The translations under genes were made by a program, and so were the position numbers. From assembly GCA_018304025.1 (NCBI GenBank), contig JAGVXA010000008.1, positions 2,660 through 66,659 of the forward strand: 64,000 nt of DNA, written 5' to 3'. Source of the DNA: Candidatus Pacearchaeota archaeon. Its GTDB lineage: Archaea > Nanobdellota > Nanobdellia > Pacearchaeales > GW2011-AR1. Position 1 is the stretch's first letter. Each line of letters opens with the position of its first letter. This document shows, piece by piece, positions 52,449 to 59,164 of this stretch. The notes beneath the pieces were generated by a model. That model saw only the letters and a list, made by a program, of their open reading frames with translations. It was not told the DNA's origin and did not search any database.

Positions 52449-52778
52449 ATGAAAAAGAAGTGGATTGTATGGAAAAAAGATTCTAACCCGAAAACTAACC
52501 AGAAGGGAATGATTAAAGAGGCGCTTTCGGATATTAACAGAGAAATTTCGAATATCAACCGCGAGAAGAAAAATCTTAACGCGCAAATTAAACGCGCTGA
52601 TACGGATTTGAATAATTCAAGAGAATCTGAGAAAACTTTGCAGCAGAAGATCGCAAAGCTTCTGGAAATGGAAGCTGTTTTGAAAGAAAAGAAAAAAGTA
52701 ATTTCCCAGAAAGAAGACAAGCTTGTTGACAGGCTGTCGAAGATAGAAAAAGTCAAGTCTGAACTTAATGAATTGTAA
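52449..52778 (+). CDS. small coiled-coil protein
   Basis: 109 aa Lys/Glu heptad-rich open frame, 18 nt after the preceding gene. Confidence 0.4.
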   Translation: MKKKWIVWKKDSNPKTNQKGMIKEALSDINREISNINREKKNLNAQIKRADTDLNNSRESEKTLQQKIAKLLEMEAVLKEKKKVISQKEDKLVDRLSKIEKVKSELNEL

Positions 52779-52798
52779 GTATTTAAAATATAATTGTT

Positions 52799-53045
52799 TG
52801 GCACGCAATTGGACTTGCCCGTTCTTGCGGCTGGCAAGTCTTATCGTTAATAGCTCACTCCGTTCGCTGGTGCGCACCGAGTAATTGTTTCGCTGACAAT
52901 CGCGAATCTTATCTGAAAAATTCACTTTTGATGCGTCGCAATTGGACTCGTTGACAATTGCGAGTCTTATCTGTAAAATTCGCTCCGCGAATTTGACGAC
53001 GCATCAACTCCGTGAATTTGACGACGCATCAGATCTGCAAATTTT
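52799..53045 (+). repeat. family A structured repeat, largest composite array (about three units)
   Basis: GGCACGC AATTG GACTTGCCC..TGGCAAGTC, GGTGCGCACC palindrome, TTTCGC..GCGAA, then GCGTCGC AATTG GACTCGT..GCGAGTC TTATC, AAATTCGCTCCGCGAATTT, and duplicated tail GACGACGCATCA. TATA-like ATTTAAAATATA at 52782. Confidence 0.8.
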
Positions 53046-53068
53046 CTACACGCTGAAACTAGATTGAA

Positions 53069-53653
53069 TTATTTTTTCAAACCGATTTTTTGCCAGAAAG
53101 ATTTTTTCTTTTGAGAGTTTAACCGATACGCAATTAAAATTAACAAGATTAATGCAATGAGCAGAAGAAGGAATCTCCAAATTTCTGTGAAGTTGCGCCA
53201 GTTGATTAATGTGCCGTAGAATATTGCCCAGATACCAGAACCAAGAAGAGCAGAGCCTACTGGTTCGATTGAAAGAATTGCGTAACCGAAGATTATTGCA
53301 ATGAAAGCGACGATAATTGAAATAACAAAAACTATTTTTGAATGGGCATCTCTTGCTGATTCGTATTCTTTGTTGCAGTAATCGCATTCCTTTATTGAGA
53401 TTTGACAGCCATTATCGTCGTATTCGTACACTGGCTGTCCTTTATCTTGATAACATTGCTGTTCTTGAGCTTGAAGCTGCTGTGAAGATGCGCACTGAAT
53501 TCCTGATGGAATAATTTTTGGATAATCAAATCTATTTACACTGCAGAAATCGTCGTATTTTGGCGAAGGATAGAATGCTTCGATTCCCTGCCAGAGAACT
53601 AATGCAAACACTACGACTATTCCAATTCCCAAAACGAGATTTTTTATGTTCAT
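53069..53653 (-). CDS. membrane protein with Cys-rich extracellular loop
   Basis: N-terminal TM helix, 8-Cys segment, then three TM helices. Confidence 0.45.
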   Translation of the reverse strand: MNIKNLVLGIGIVVVFALVLWQGIEAFYPSPKYDDFCSVNRFDYPKIIPSGIQCASSQQLQAQEQQCYQDKGQPVYEYDDNGCQISIKECDYCNKEYESARDAHSKIVFVISIIVAFIAIIFGYAILSIEPVGSALLGSGIWAIFYGTLINWRNFTEIWRFLLLLIALILLILIAYRLNSQKKKSFWQKIGLKK

Positions 53654-53703
53654 AATTTTCCGAAGAGAGTGATATTTATAAACTATAGTTTTTGTTTAGT
53701 TTT

Positions 53704-54111
53704 ATGGAATATGAACAATTATTAAAAAAAGCGTATGAGAAAGTCAAGGTAGTTGAGCACAACGGCGAGAGATTTGAGATTCCGCGCGCTGCGGGGGAAG
53801 TTTCAGGGAATAATACTTTTATCACGAACATAATTTCGATTGCAGATTATCTACGCCGTGATTCTATGCATCTGGCGAAATTTTTGCAGAAAGAACTGGC
53901 GACTATCGGGAGAATGCAGGGGAGCAGATTATGCCTGAAAGGTAAATTAAATTCTTCAATTGTCAACGAGAAAATTGAGAAGTATGCGCGGGAATTTGTT
54001 ATCTGCAATGTCTGCGGGAAGCCGGATACAGAAGTTGTTTCAGAGAAGGGAATTAAATACAAGCATTGTTTGGCTTGCGGGGCTAAGTCGCCTGTTAAGT
54101 ATCATATGTAA
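53704..54111 (+). CDS. eif2b: translation initiation factor aIF2 beta subunit
   Basis: YEQLLKKAYEKV, RFEIP, GNNTFITN, HLAKFLQKELAT, C-terminal zinc ribbon CNVCGKPDT...CLACGA; ATG at 53704. Confidence 0.85.
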   Translation: MEYEQLLKKAYEKVKVVEHNGERFEIPRAAGEVSGNNTFITNIISIADYLRRDSMHLAKFLQKELATIGRMQGSRLCLKGKLNSSIVNEKIEKYAREFVICNVCGKPDTEVVSEKGIKYKHCLACGAKSPVKYHM

Positions 54112-54112
54112 A

Positions 54113-54406
54113 ATGTTAATTAAAATTCATGATTCATACAGAAAAGTTATTGCTGTTTGCGACTCTGAATTAATTGGAAAGAAATTTGAAGAGGGGAAAA
54201 TGCAGCTGGATGTTCGGGAGAATTTTTTTAAGGGGGAAGAGATTAGCGACGGGGAAGCTATTAGACTTTTTCAGAAGGAGAGAGAGAATTACGCGACTTT
54301 CAATATTGTCGGGGTTCATTCTGTAAAGATTGCTTTGGGCGCGGGAATTATTTCTAAGGGGAATGTTGGGGAAGTTGACGGCGTGCCTTTTGCTTTGTTA
54401 TTTTGA
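54113..54406 (+). CDS. DUF424-family protein
   Basis: MLIKIHDSYRKVIAVCDSELIGKKFEEGKMQLDV..FFKGEE; ATG at 54113, 2 nt after the aIF2-beta stop (the track's upstream start overlaps that gene). Confidence 0.55.
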   Translation: MLIKIHDSYRKVIAVCDSELIGKKFEEGKMQLDVRENFFKGEEISDGEAIRLFQKERENYATFNIVGVHSVKIALGAGIISKGNVGEVDGVPFALLF

Positions 54407-54436
54407 TTTTTTTTGAGAAATTAATTTTTGTTAATT

Positions 54437-54499
54437 GGGGAGATAATTAGTGTGATAGAATCGAGAAATTAGCCTTCGGCTAATTTCCGAGAATTTTTG
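54437..54499 (+). repeat. family B hairpin repeat with cUUCGg loop and T-run
   Basis: GGGGAGATAATTAGTGTGATAGAATCGAGAAATTAGCC-TTCG-GGCTAATTTCCGAGAATTTTT. Confidence 0.75.
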
Positions 54500-54563
54500 A
54501 TAATTCCTTTTGGCATTTTTACAGAGATATAATTAACCAATAATTTAAAAAGCCAGACTTGAC

Positions 54564-54586
54564 TAATTTTAGTATATAAAATATAT
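54564..54586 (+). promoter_or_regulatory. conserved TATA-like head of a family A repeat
   Basis: TAATTTTAGTATATAAAATATAT, 4 nt upstream of the outer stem at 54591. Confidence 0.4.
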
Positions 54587-54590
54587 GCGT

Positions 54591-54665
54591 TTCGGCACGC
54601 AATTGGATTTTGCTTCGCAAAATCTTATCATTAAAATTCGCTCCGCGAATTTATCGCATGCTGAA
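54591..54665 (+). repeat. family A structured repeat, single unit, ending 11 nt before the KH-protein start
   Basis: TTCGGCACGC AATTG GATTTTGC-TTC-GCAAAATC TTATCATTA AAATTCGCTCCGCGAATTT ..GCATGCTGAA. Arm 1 differs in sequence from the other copies but keeps pairing. Confidence 0.75.
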
Positions 54666-54676
54666 TTAACTTATAC

Positions 54677-55171
54677 ATGGAAGAAATATATGTTTCAGAT
54701 ACGAGAGAAGTTGTCAAGAATAAAGACAAGTTAGAGAGAGAGCTGGGCGTCAAGATTTTTGTCGACGGGAAAAAGATTCTGATTGAAGGCAGCGGCGTGG
54801 CTGAATACGAATCTGTGATGGTTTTTGGAGCGATTGACTTTGGTTTTACTGTCAAGCAGGCGCTGAGTTTGAAAGATGAAGAAAAATTGTTCAGAAAAAT
54901 TCATATTAAAGAGCATACGAAGAGAAACTTGAAAGATGTTTTGTCCAGAGTAATCGGAATTAAAGGGAAAGCGAAAAGGACGATGGAATCTATTTCCAAC
55001 TGCAGGATTTTAATTAAGGAAAAAGAGATTGGGGTGCTTGGAGATGTTGAAGATGTTGACAATGTTATCACTGCGATTATTCATATCATCAAAGGTTCGA
55101 AGCAGTCAAATATGTATTCTTATCTCGAGAGGATGAATCGGATGAAGAAAGTAGAGATAAACCAGAGATAA
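54677..55171 (+). CDS. KH-domain RNA-binding protein (Pno1/Dim2-like)
   Basis: two KH-like segments, including LSRVIGIKGKAKRTMESISNCRILI with a G-x-x-G-type loop (IKGK). Confidence 0.6.
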   Translation: MEEIYVSDTREVVKNKDKLERELGVKIFVDGKKILIEGSGVAEYESVMVFGAIDFGFTVKQALSLKDEEKLFRKIHIKEHTKRNLKDVLSRVIGIKGKAKRTMESISNCRILIKEKEIGVLGDVEDVDNVITAIIHIIKGSKQSNMYSYLERMNRMKKVEINQR

Positions 55172-55192
55172 TTTTTTGAAGGATATAGCAAG

Positions 55193-55202
55193 TTTTAAAT
55201 AA
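55193..55202 (+). promoter_or_regulatory. TATA-like box upstream of the tRNA gene
   Basis: TTTTAAATAA centred about 27 nt upstream of tRNA position 1 (55225). Confidence 0.35.
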
Positions 55203-55224
55203 CGAATTTATTTTGAGTCTTTAT

Positions 55225-55555
55225 GTCTCGGTAGCTCAGTTGGCAGAGCACATGGCTGTGGACGGAGTTTGGTGTGAAGAAAGATATTTTAATAATATCG
55301 TCGATACTTTACATCGAACTAAATAAAGTAGCAGCTTCCGCAGGAAACCGCGGAATGAAAAGCGAGTAAATTCAGGGAAACCCTACGATAACGCCGAGGG
55401 CAATCCTGAGCCAAGCCCGAAAGGGAAGGTGCAGAGACTAGACACTCGCCACCTAAAGCTTAGAAATAAGCAATGGTGAAGGTATAGTCCTACCCTCCAA
55501 GAGATTGGAAAAGGTCGTAACCATGGGGTCGGAGGTTCGAGTCCTCCCCGAGACG
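55225..55555 (+). tRNA. tRNA-Asn(GUU) interrupted by a 258-nt intron between anticodon positions 35 and 36
   Basis: Exon 1: GTCTCGG TA GCTC AGTTGGCA GAGC A CATGG CTGT. Exon 2: TAA CCATG GGGTC GGAGG TTCGAGT CCTCC CCGAGAC G. All stems are perfectly paired. Joined loop is CTGTTAA; discriminator G; no encoded CCA; TTTT follows. Confidence 0.8.
55260..55517 (+). ncRNA. group I intron (IC3-like core, no ORF)
   Basis: IGS GCAGCT 55331-36. P2 TTCCGC/GCGGAA. P3 GCGAGT 55362-67 / ACTCGC 55444-49. J3/4 AAATT. P4 TCAGG/CCTGA. P6 CCC-GAAA-GGG. P7 GACTA 55436-40 / TAGTC 55485-89. P8 GCTTA-GAAA-TAAGC. P9 CCAA-GAGA-TTGG. Terminal G at 55517. Confidence 0.8.
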
Positions 55556-55559
55556 TTTT
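55532..55559 (+). repeat. direct repeat copy 1 (the genuine tRNA 3' end plus TTTT)
   Basis: GAGGTTCGAGTCCTCCCCGAGACGTTTT. Confidence 0.9.
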
Positions 55560-55590
55560 GTTTGAACCTGATACTCGCTTCGCTCGCATA

Positions 55591-55618
55591 GAGGTTCGAG
55601 TCCTCCCCGAGACGTTTT
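55591..55618 (+). repeat. direct repeat copy 2 of the tRNA 3' end (att-like)
   Basis: 28/28 identical to 55532-55559; the sequence upstream of it does not complete a tRNA. Confidence 0.9.
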
Positions 55619-55677
55619 AATTAATCGCCCAATCTTCGATTCGCTCTTGCTCGAGTACTCGCTGCGGCGAACGAAGA

Positions 55678-55700
55678 AGGTTCGAGTCCTCCCCGAGACG
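55678..55700 (+). repeat. direct repeat copy 3 of the tRNA 3' end (att-like)
   Basis: AGGTTCGAGTCCTCCCCGAGACG, 23/23 identical to the tRNA T-arm/acceptor 3' strand. Confidence 0.9.
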
Positions 55701-55770
55701 TCATCCTAAATGGGAAATTTGATGAGCGCTACTAAAGATTATAATTTAAAAGATAAAAATAATTAAAAAT

Positions 55771-56457
55771 TTATGCTTCAGGTTCTGTTGCTAAAAATGC
55801 CCACCAAGGTTTTTTAGCTCGTATTATTTCTCCGTTTTCTGCATCAACTTGCGCCTGAACTTGCATCTTTGCTTGGAATAATCCTAAAACCTTTGATTGC
55901 TTTTGAGTTTTAATTTCATAAGCTGCCTTTACTTGATTGCCTGTTCCAACTTCTTTAAGTTCAATTGTGCATTCACCTTCGCATTTTGCTTTAAGTCTTG
56001 CTAATGCTGTTTCAGAAGCAGTATCTGGCATAACTTTGACTTCTGCATTCAATCCATTTGAAAGCTTAACTTGCAGCTTTGTCCTGTTTTGAACTTGGTC
56101 TCTTTCTTGAGTCATAGTCATAGTAGTTTTTGCCTCAACATTTCCAGATTGGAGTTTTACTTCATTTCCTGCTCCTGTTTGAACTTGCATTTGCTTACCA
56201 TCTTGATTCATATAAGTTCCAGACTGAACTTGAGTTTGAACCTGATTTTGCAATTGAGTATTTTCTCCTTGATTTTGTGTTTGCAATTCTGTGTTTGTTT
56301 GAGTTCCATCACCTGTTCCTTGTCCTATCTGGGTTGTATCTGGACCTGCATTAGCAGAACCAGTATCAGTTGCGCCTGTTCCGGCATTTCCTTGAGCTGC
56401 TAAAACCAGCGAAATTGCCATTAAAGAAACTACGAGAAACAAAAATATCTTTTTCAT
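55771..56457 (-). CDS. secreted Gln/Thr-rich hypothetical protein
   Basis: Signal peptide MKKIFLFLVVSLMAISLVLAA, Q/T/N-rich low-complexity region, conserved-looking C-terminus KVMPDTASETALARLKAKCEGECTIELKEVG...VDAENGEIIRAKKPWWAFL. Confidence 0.55.
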   Translation of the reverse strand: MKKIFLFLVVSLMAISLVLAAQGNAGTGATDTGSANAGPDTTQIGQGTGDGTQTNTELQTQNQGENTQLQNQVQTQVQSGTYMNQDGKQMQVQTGAGNEVKLQSGNVEAKTTMTMTQERDQVQNRTKLQVKLSNGLNAEVKVMPDTASETALARLKAKCEGECTIELKEVGTGNQVKAAYEIKTQKQSKVLGLFQAKMQVQAQVDAENGEIIRAKKPWWAFLATEPEA

Positions 56458-56607
56458 TGCTTTTTACCTCCTTTCAAGATTAAACATTTTATATTAATTA
56501 ATGGTAGTTGACTTATTTAAAGTTTAACATAACTGGGCTGCGCTTTCGTTTCCCAAAACTTTTTTATCGTCGGTGCTGGAAGGGCACACATATGAGATGT
56601 TTGTTAT

Positions 56608-56820
56608 TTAGAAAATTAAAAAAGCAAAGATTATTATCAACAGCAGAAGAAGTATTGATACTATTAGAATAATTTTATTTCTCTTCTCTCTGCGTTTTCT
56701 TTCGTCGGCTTTTTGGTACGCCTTTTCGATTTCTTTTCTTTCTCTTTCATCTAGTTTTGACTGAGAAGATTTATTGTAATCAAATGTTTTTGTTCCGCCG
56801 GTTTGGACTTTTTCTACCAT
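56608..56820 (-). CDS. small tail-anchored membrane protein
   Basis: ATG at 56820 (MVEKVQTGG). The 23 upstream codons of the track ORF (MNFSDKIRNCQRIQ...) are encoded by a family A repeat and recur in a spurious ORF at 52.9 kb. Confidence 0.45.
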   Translation of the reverse strand: MVEKVQTGGTKTFDYNKSSQSKLDERERKEIEKAYQKADERKRREKRNKIILIVSILLLLLIIIFAFLIF

Positions 56821-56837
56821 GTTAAATATTCTCTTTT

Positions 56838-56925
56838 TGAGGCGCAATTGGATTCGCTGACAATTGCGAATCTTATCGGAAAAATTCACTTCGTGAATTT
56901 CTGGCGACGCATCAACTCCGCGAAT
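56838..56925 (+). repeat. family A structured repeat unit with tail module
   Basis: GAGGCGC AATTG GATTCGC-TGACAATT-GCGAATC TTATCGGAAA AATTCACTTCGTGAATTT CTGGCGACGCATCAACTCCGCGAATTT. Confidence 0.7.
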
Positions 56926-56972
56926 TTATTGCTAATAGAAGAATTTTAAAGGTTATAAAAATTGTTATTCTT

Positions 56973-58058
56973 ATGAAAAACAAAAAAGTTATTTTGGGAA
57001 TGTCTGGCGGAGTTGATTCTTCGGTGGCTGCGCTTTTGCTGCAAAAGCAGGGCTATGAAGTTGTTGGAGTTTTTATGAAGGCTGGGGCGGGGAGAAAATT
57101 TGGGTGGGAATCGTCGATAAACTGGAACGAAGATGAAAGGATTTTAAAAAAAATCTGCAGGAAATTGGGGGTTAAACTTATTGTTAAAGATGTTGAAGAA
57201 GGCTACGAGAAGAAAATTATTCAGCCGATGTTTTCAGATTATGCGCGAGGGTTGACGCCGAATCCTGACACTTTGTGCAACACTTTGGGGAAATTTGTTT
57301 TGTTCTGGAAAATTGCCTCGGAGATTGGAGCTGATTGGATTGCGACGGGACATTATGCGCGGATAAAGAGGACGAAAAATGGAATTGAGTTATTAAGGGG
57401 AAAAGATAAGACGAAAGATCAGTCTTATTTTTTATGCGGATTGACTCAGAAAGATTTGTCGCATTCTCTATTTCCCATTGGAGATTATACAAAGGAAGAA
57501 GTCAGGAAAATTGCGCGGCGCGCTGGCTTTCCGAATTGGGACAAGCACGGTTCGCGCGGAGTTTGTTATCTTGGGAAGATTGACATGAAGAGATTATTAC
57601 GACGAAGAATTCCGGAGAAACGCGGGGTTGTTTTGAATTCTTCCGGCGAAATTGTTGGGACGCATCCCGGGCAGATGTTTTTTACGATTGGGGAAAGAGT
57701 TAAGGATAAAGATGGATTCGAAATTGCGCGAGGGAAATTTGGGTGGGCGGGAAAGAAATTGTATATTGCTGAAAAGCTGGCGGGAAATAAAATTGTTGTT
57801 GCTGAAGAAGGAGATTCTCTGTTGAGGAAAAGATTTGTGTTCGTTAAAAAAATGCATTGGATAAATGACGAAGTAAAAAATAAATTAAAAGCAAGAGTGA
57901 GGCATTTGGGGGAATTGTATTCTGGCAAGCTGAAGAAAGAACGAAGGCGGTGGATTTTTATTTTTGACAAAGGAGTTTTTGGGTTGGCAGAAGGACAATA
58001 TATTGTTTTATATTCGGGGGAGAAATTGGTTGGGGGCGGGGAGATTCGATTGCGATAA
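56973..58058 (+). CDS. mnmA: tRNA-specific 2-thiouridylase MnmA
   Basis: PP-loop ILGMSGGVDSSVAALLL, TPNPDTLCN, ATGHYAR, KDQSYFL motifs; 361 aa. Confidence 0.85.
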   Translation: MKNKKVILGMSGGVDSSVAALLLQKQGYEVVGVFMKAGAGRKFGWESSINWNEDERILKKICRKLGVKLIVKDVEEGYEKKIIQPMFSDYARGLTPNPDTLCNTLGKFVLFWKIASEIGADWIATGHYARIKRTKNGIELLRGKDKTKDQSYFLCGLTQKDLSHSLFPIGDYTKEEVRKIARRAGFPNWDKHGSRGVCYLGKIDMKRLLRRRIPEKRGVVLNSSGEIVGTHPGQMFFTIGERVKDKDGFEIARGKFGWAGKKLYIAEKLAGNKIVVAEEGDSLLRKRFVFVKKMHWINDEVKNKLKARVRHLGELYSGKLKKERRRWIFIFDKGVFGLAEGQYIVLYSGEKLVGGGEIRLR

Positions 58059-58076
58059 TTGTTTTAGAGAAAAGAT

Positions 58077-58130
58077 TGGGGGGATTAGTTAGTGTGGTAA
58101 AATCCTGAAGGGTTGTGAGTTTTCCAGATA
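58077..58130 (+). repeat. degenerate family C repeat module
   Basis: GGGGGGGATTAGTTAGTGTGGTAAAATCCTGAAGGGTTGTGAGTT, related to 24955-24998. Confidence 0.45.
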
Positions 58131-58194
58131 ACTTTTCTGTGCACTCCAAATTTGATAAAGATAATTTTATATAATTAGATTTCTTGGAGTTTTT

Positions 58195-58779
58195 ATGGAA
58201 TTTGACAAAGTCGTGAGAAAGAGAAAATCTTCAAACCAATTTAGCGGCAAGAAGGTTTCGTGGAAAGATGTTTTAGAGGCGATTGATTTGGCGAATCAGG
58301 GACCATTCGCAGGGAATCATAATAATCTACATTTTTTGATTGTCGAGGAGCTGAATACGATAAAAGATTTAGCTAATTGTTGCGAGCAAAGCTGGATTAG
58401 CAATTCAAACATTTTGATTGTTGTTTGTTCTGACGACACGCATTTGGAAGATTTGTATGGGGAGCGGGGGAGGATTTATTCAAGACAGCAGGCTGGCGCT
58501 GCGATTCAGACTTTACTTTTAGCTTTGACAGATTTAGGGATTAGCTCGTGCTGGGTTGGCGCTTATACTGACGAGTTTGTCAAACAAAAACTAAAAATTC
58601 CGCAGCATATTAATATTGAAGCAATTATTCCCGTTGGCTACGAGAAGAAGATGCCGGGAGATGAGAAGAAAAAGAAAAAAGAACTAGAAAGTGTTTTGTA
58701 TTGGGAAGAATGGAAGAATAGCAGAAGAGCGACGCTATTTGAGGAGAGCAAAGAGGATTATAATCCTCCAAGCCAATAA
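58195..58779 (+). CDS. nitroreductase-family flavoprotein
   Basis: RKRKSSNQFSGKKVSW at the N-terminus and SCWVGAY...IPVGY pattern typical of NADH/FMN nitroreductase folds. Confidence 0.6.
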   Translation: MEFDKVVRKRKSSNQFSGKKVSWKDVLEAIDLANQGPFAGNHNNLHFLIVEELNTIKDLANCCEQSWISNSNILIVVCSDDTHLEDLYGERGRIYSRQQAGAAIQTLLLALTDLGISSCWVGAYTDEFVKQKLKIPQHINIEAIIPVGYEKKMPGDEKKKKKELESVLYWEEWKNSRRATLFEESKEDYNPPSQ

Positions 58780-58810
58780 TATTTATAAATTTCATTAGAA
58801 AGGGAATGGG

Positions 58811-59119
58811 ATGAAAAAATCAAGATTTGCAGCGGCTGGGCTTGCGTTGGCTTTGTCTGGCTGCGGAAATTCTTTTCCATTTGAGGATTCTTCAATTCCT
58901 GGCTACATAAAATCTGCCTGCTGGGATGCGCCAGATGCAACGATTCAACTTGCAATAGATGAAGTTCGAGAAGCAAGAGACCAGGGATATTCTTATTCTG
59001 ATATAAGAGAATGGGAAATAGATTCTTGTCTTGCAGTAACTGGCACTGACGAACCGGTATTAGTCAATTATTGCAATGAATGCCTTGGAGATATAGTTGA
59101 TTATTACTGGTATCATTAA
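58811..59119 (+). CDS. small putative lipoprotein
   Basis: MKKSRFAAAGLALALSGCGNS: signal peptide with lipobox-like LSGC. Confidence 0.45.
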   Translation: MKKSRFAAAGLALALSGCGNSFPFEDSSIPGYIKSACWDAPDATIQLAIDEVREARDQGYSYSDIREWEIDSCLAVTGTDEPVLVNYCNECLGDIVDYYWYH

Positions 59120-59164
59120 TTCTGAAGAAAAAATAAAATAAAAAAATAAAATTGATTAGATTAT

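Noticed and set aside
52617-52925. ORF starting MNFSDKIRDCQRN, and the equivalent N-terminal 23 codons of ORF 56608..56889
   Set aside because: Both N-termini are translations of the minus strand of family A repeats, hence their near-identity. The 56.6 kb gene has a proper internal ATG at 56820. The 52.6 kb ORF otherwise runs antisense to the coiled-coil gene.
55225-55555. Reading the interrupted tRNA as tRNA-His(GTG) with a long bulge-helix-bulge intron at the canonical 37/38 position
   Set aside because: That junction gives a 5' exon ending in G and an intron ending in T/A, with no BHB helices evident. There is no encoded G-1, and the discriminator is G rather than the His-typical base. 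The intervening sequence has a full group I core whose guide sequence pairs with GGCTGT, placing the splice site after U35 and giving anticodon GUU.
55383-55589. 68-aa minus-strand ORF
   Set aside because: It overlaps the group I intron core, the tRNA 3' exon and the first att-like repeat. RNA structure explains the region fully.
42920-55700. Integrated provirus bounded by the tRNA att-like repeats and containing fibre-like genes
   Set aside because: No integrase, capsid, portal, terminase or replication genes are recognisable. The three att-like copies are stacked on one side rather than flanking the island. Housekeeping genes (aIF2-beta, KH protein) lie between the island and the tRNA.
11626-56925. 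CRISPR array as an explanation for the recurring intergenic repeats
   Set aside because: Copies are dispersed singly or in irregular composites. They have no constant repeat/spacer periodicity, their units are 70-125 nt with internal multi-hairpin structure, and no cas genes are present in the window.
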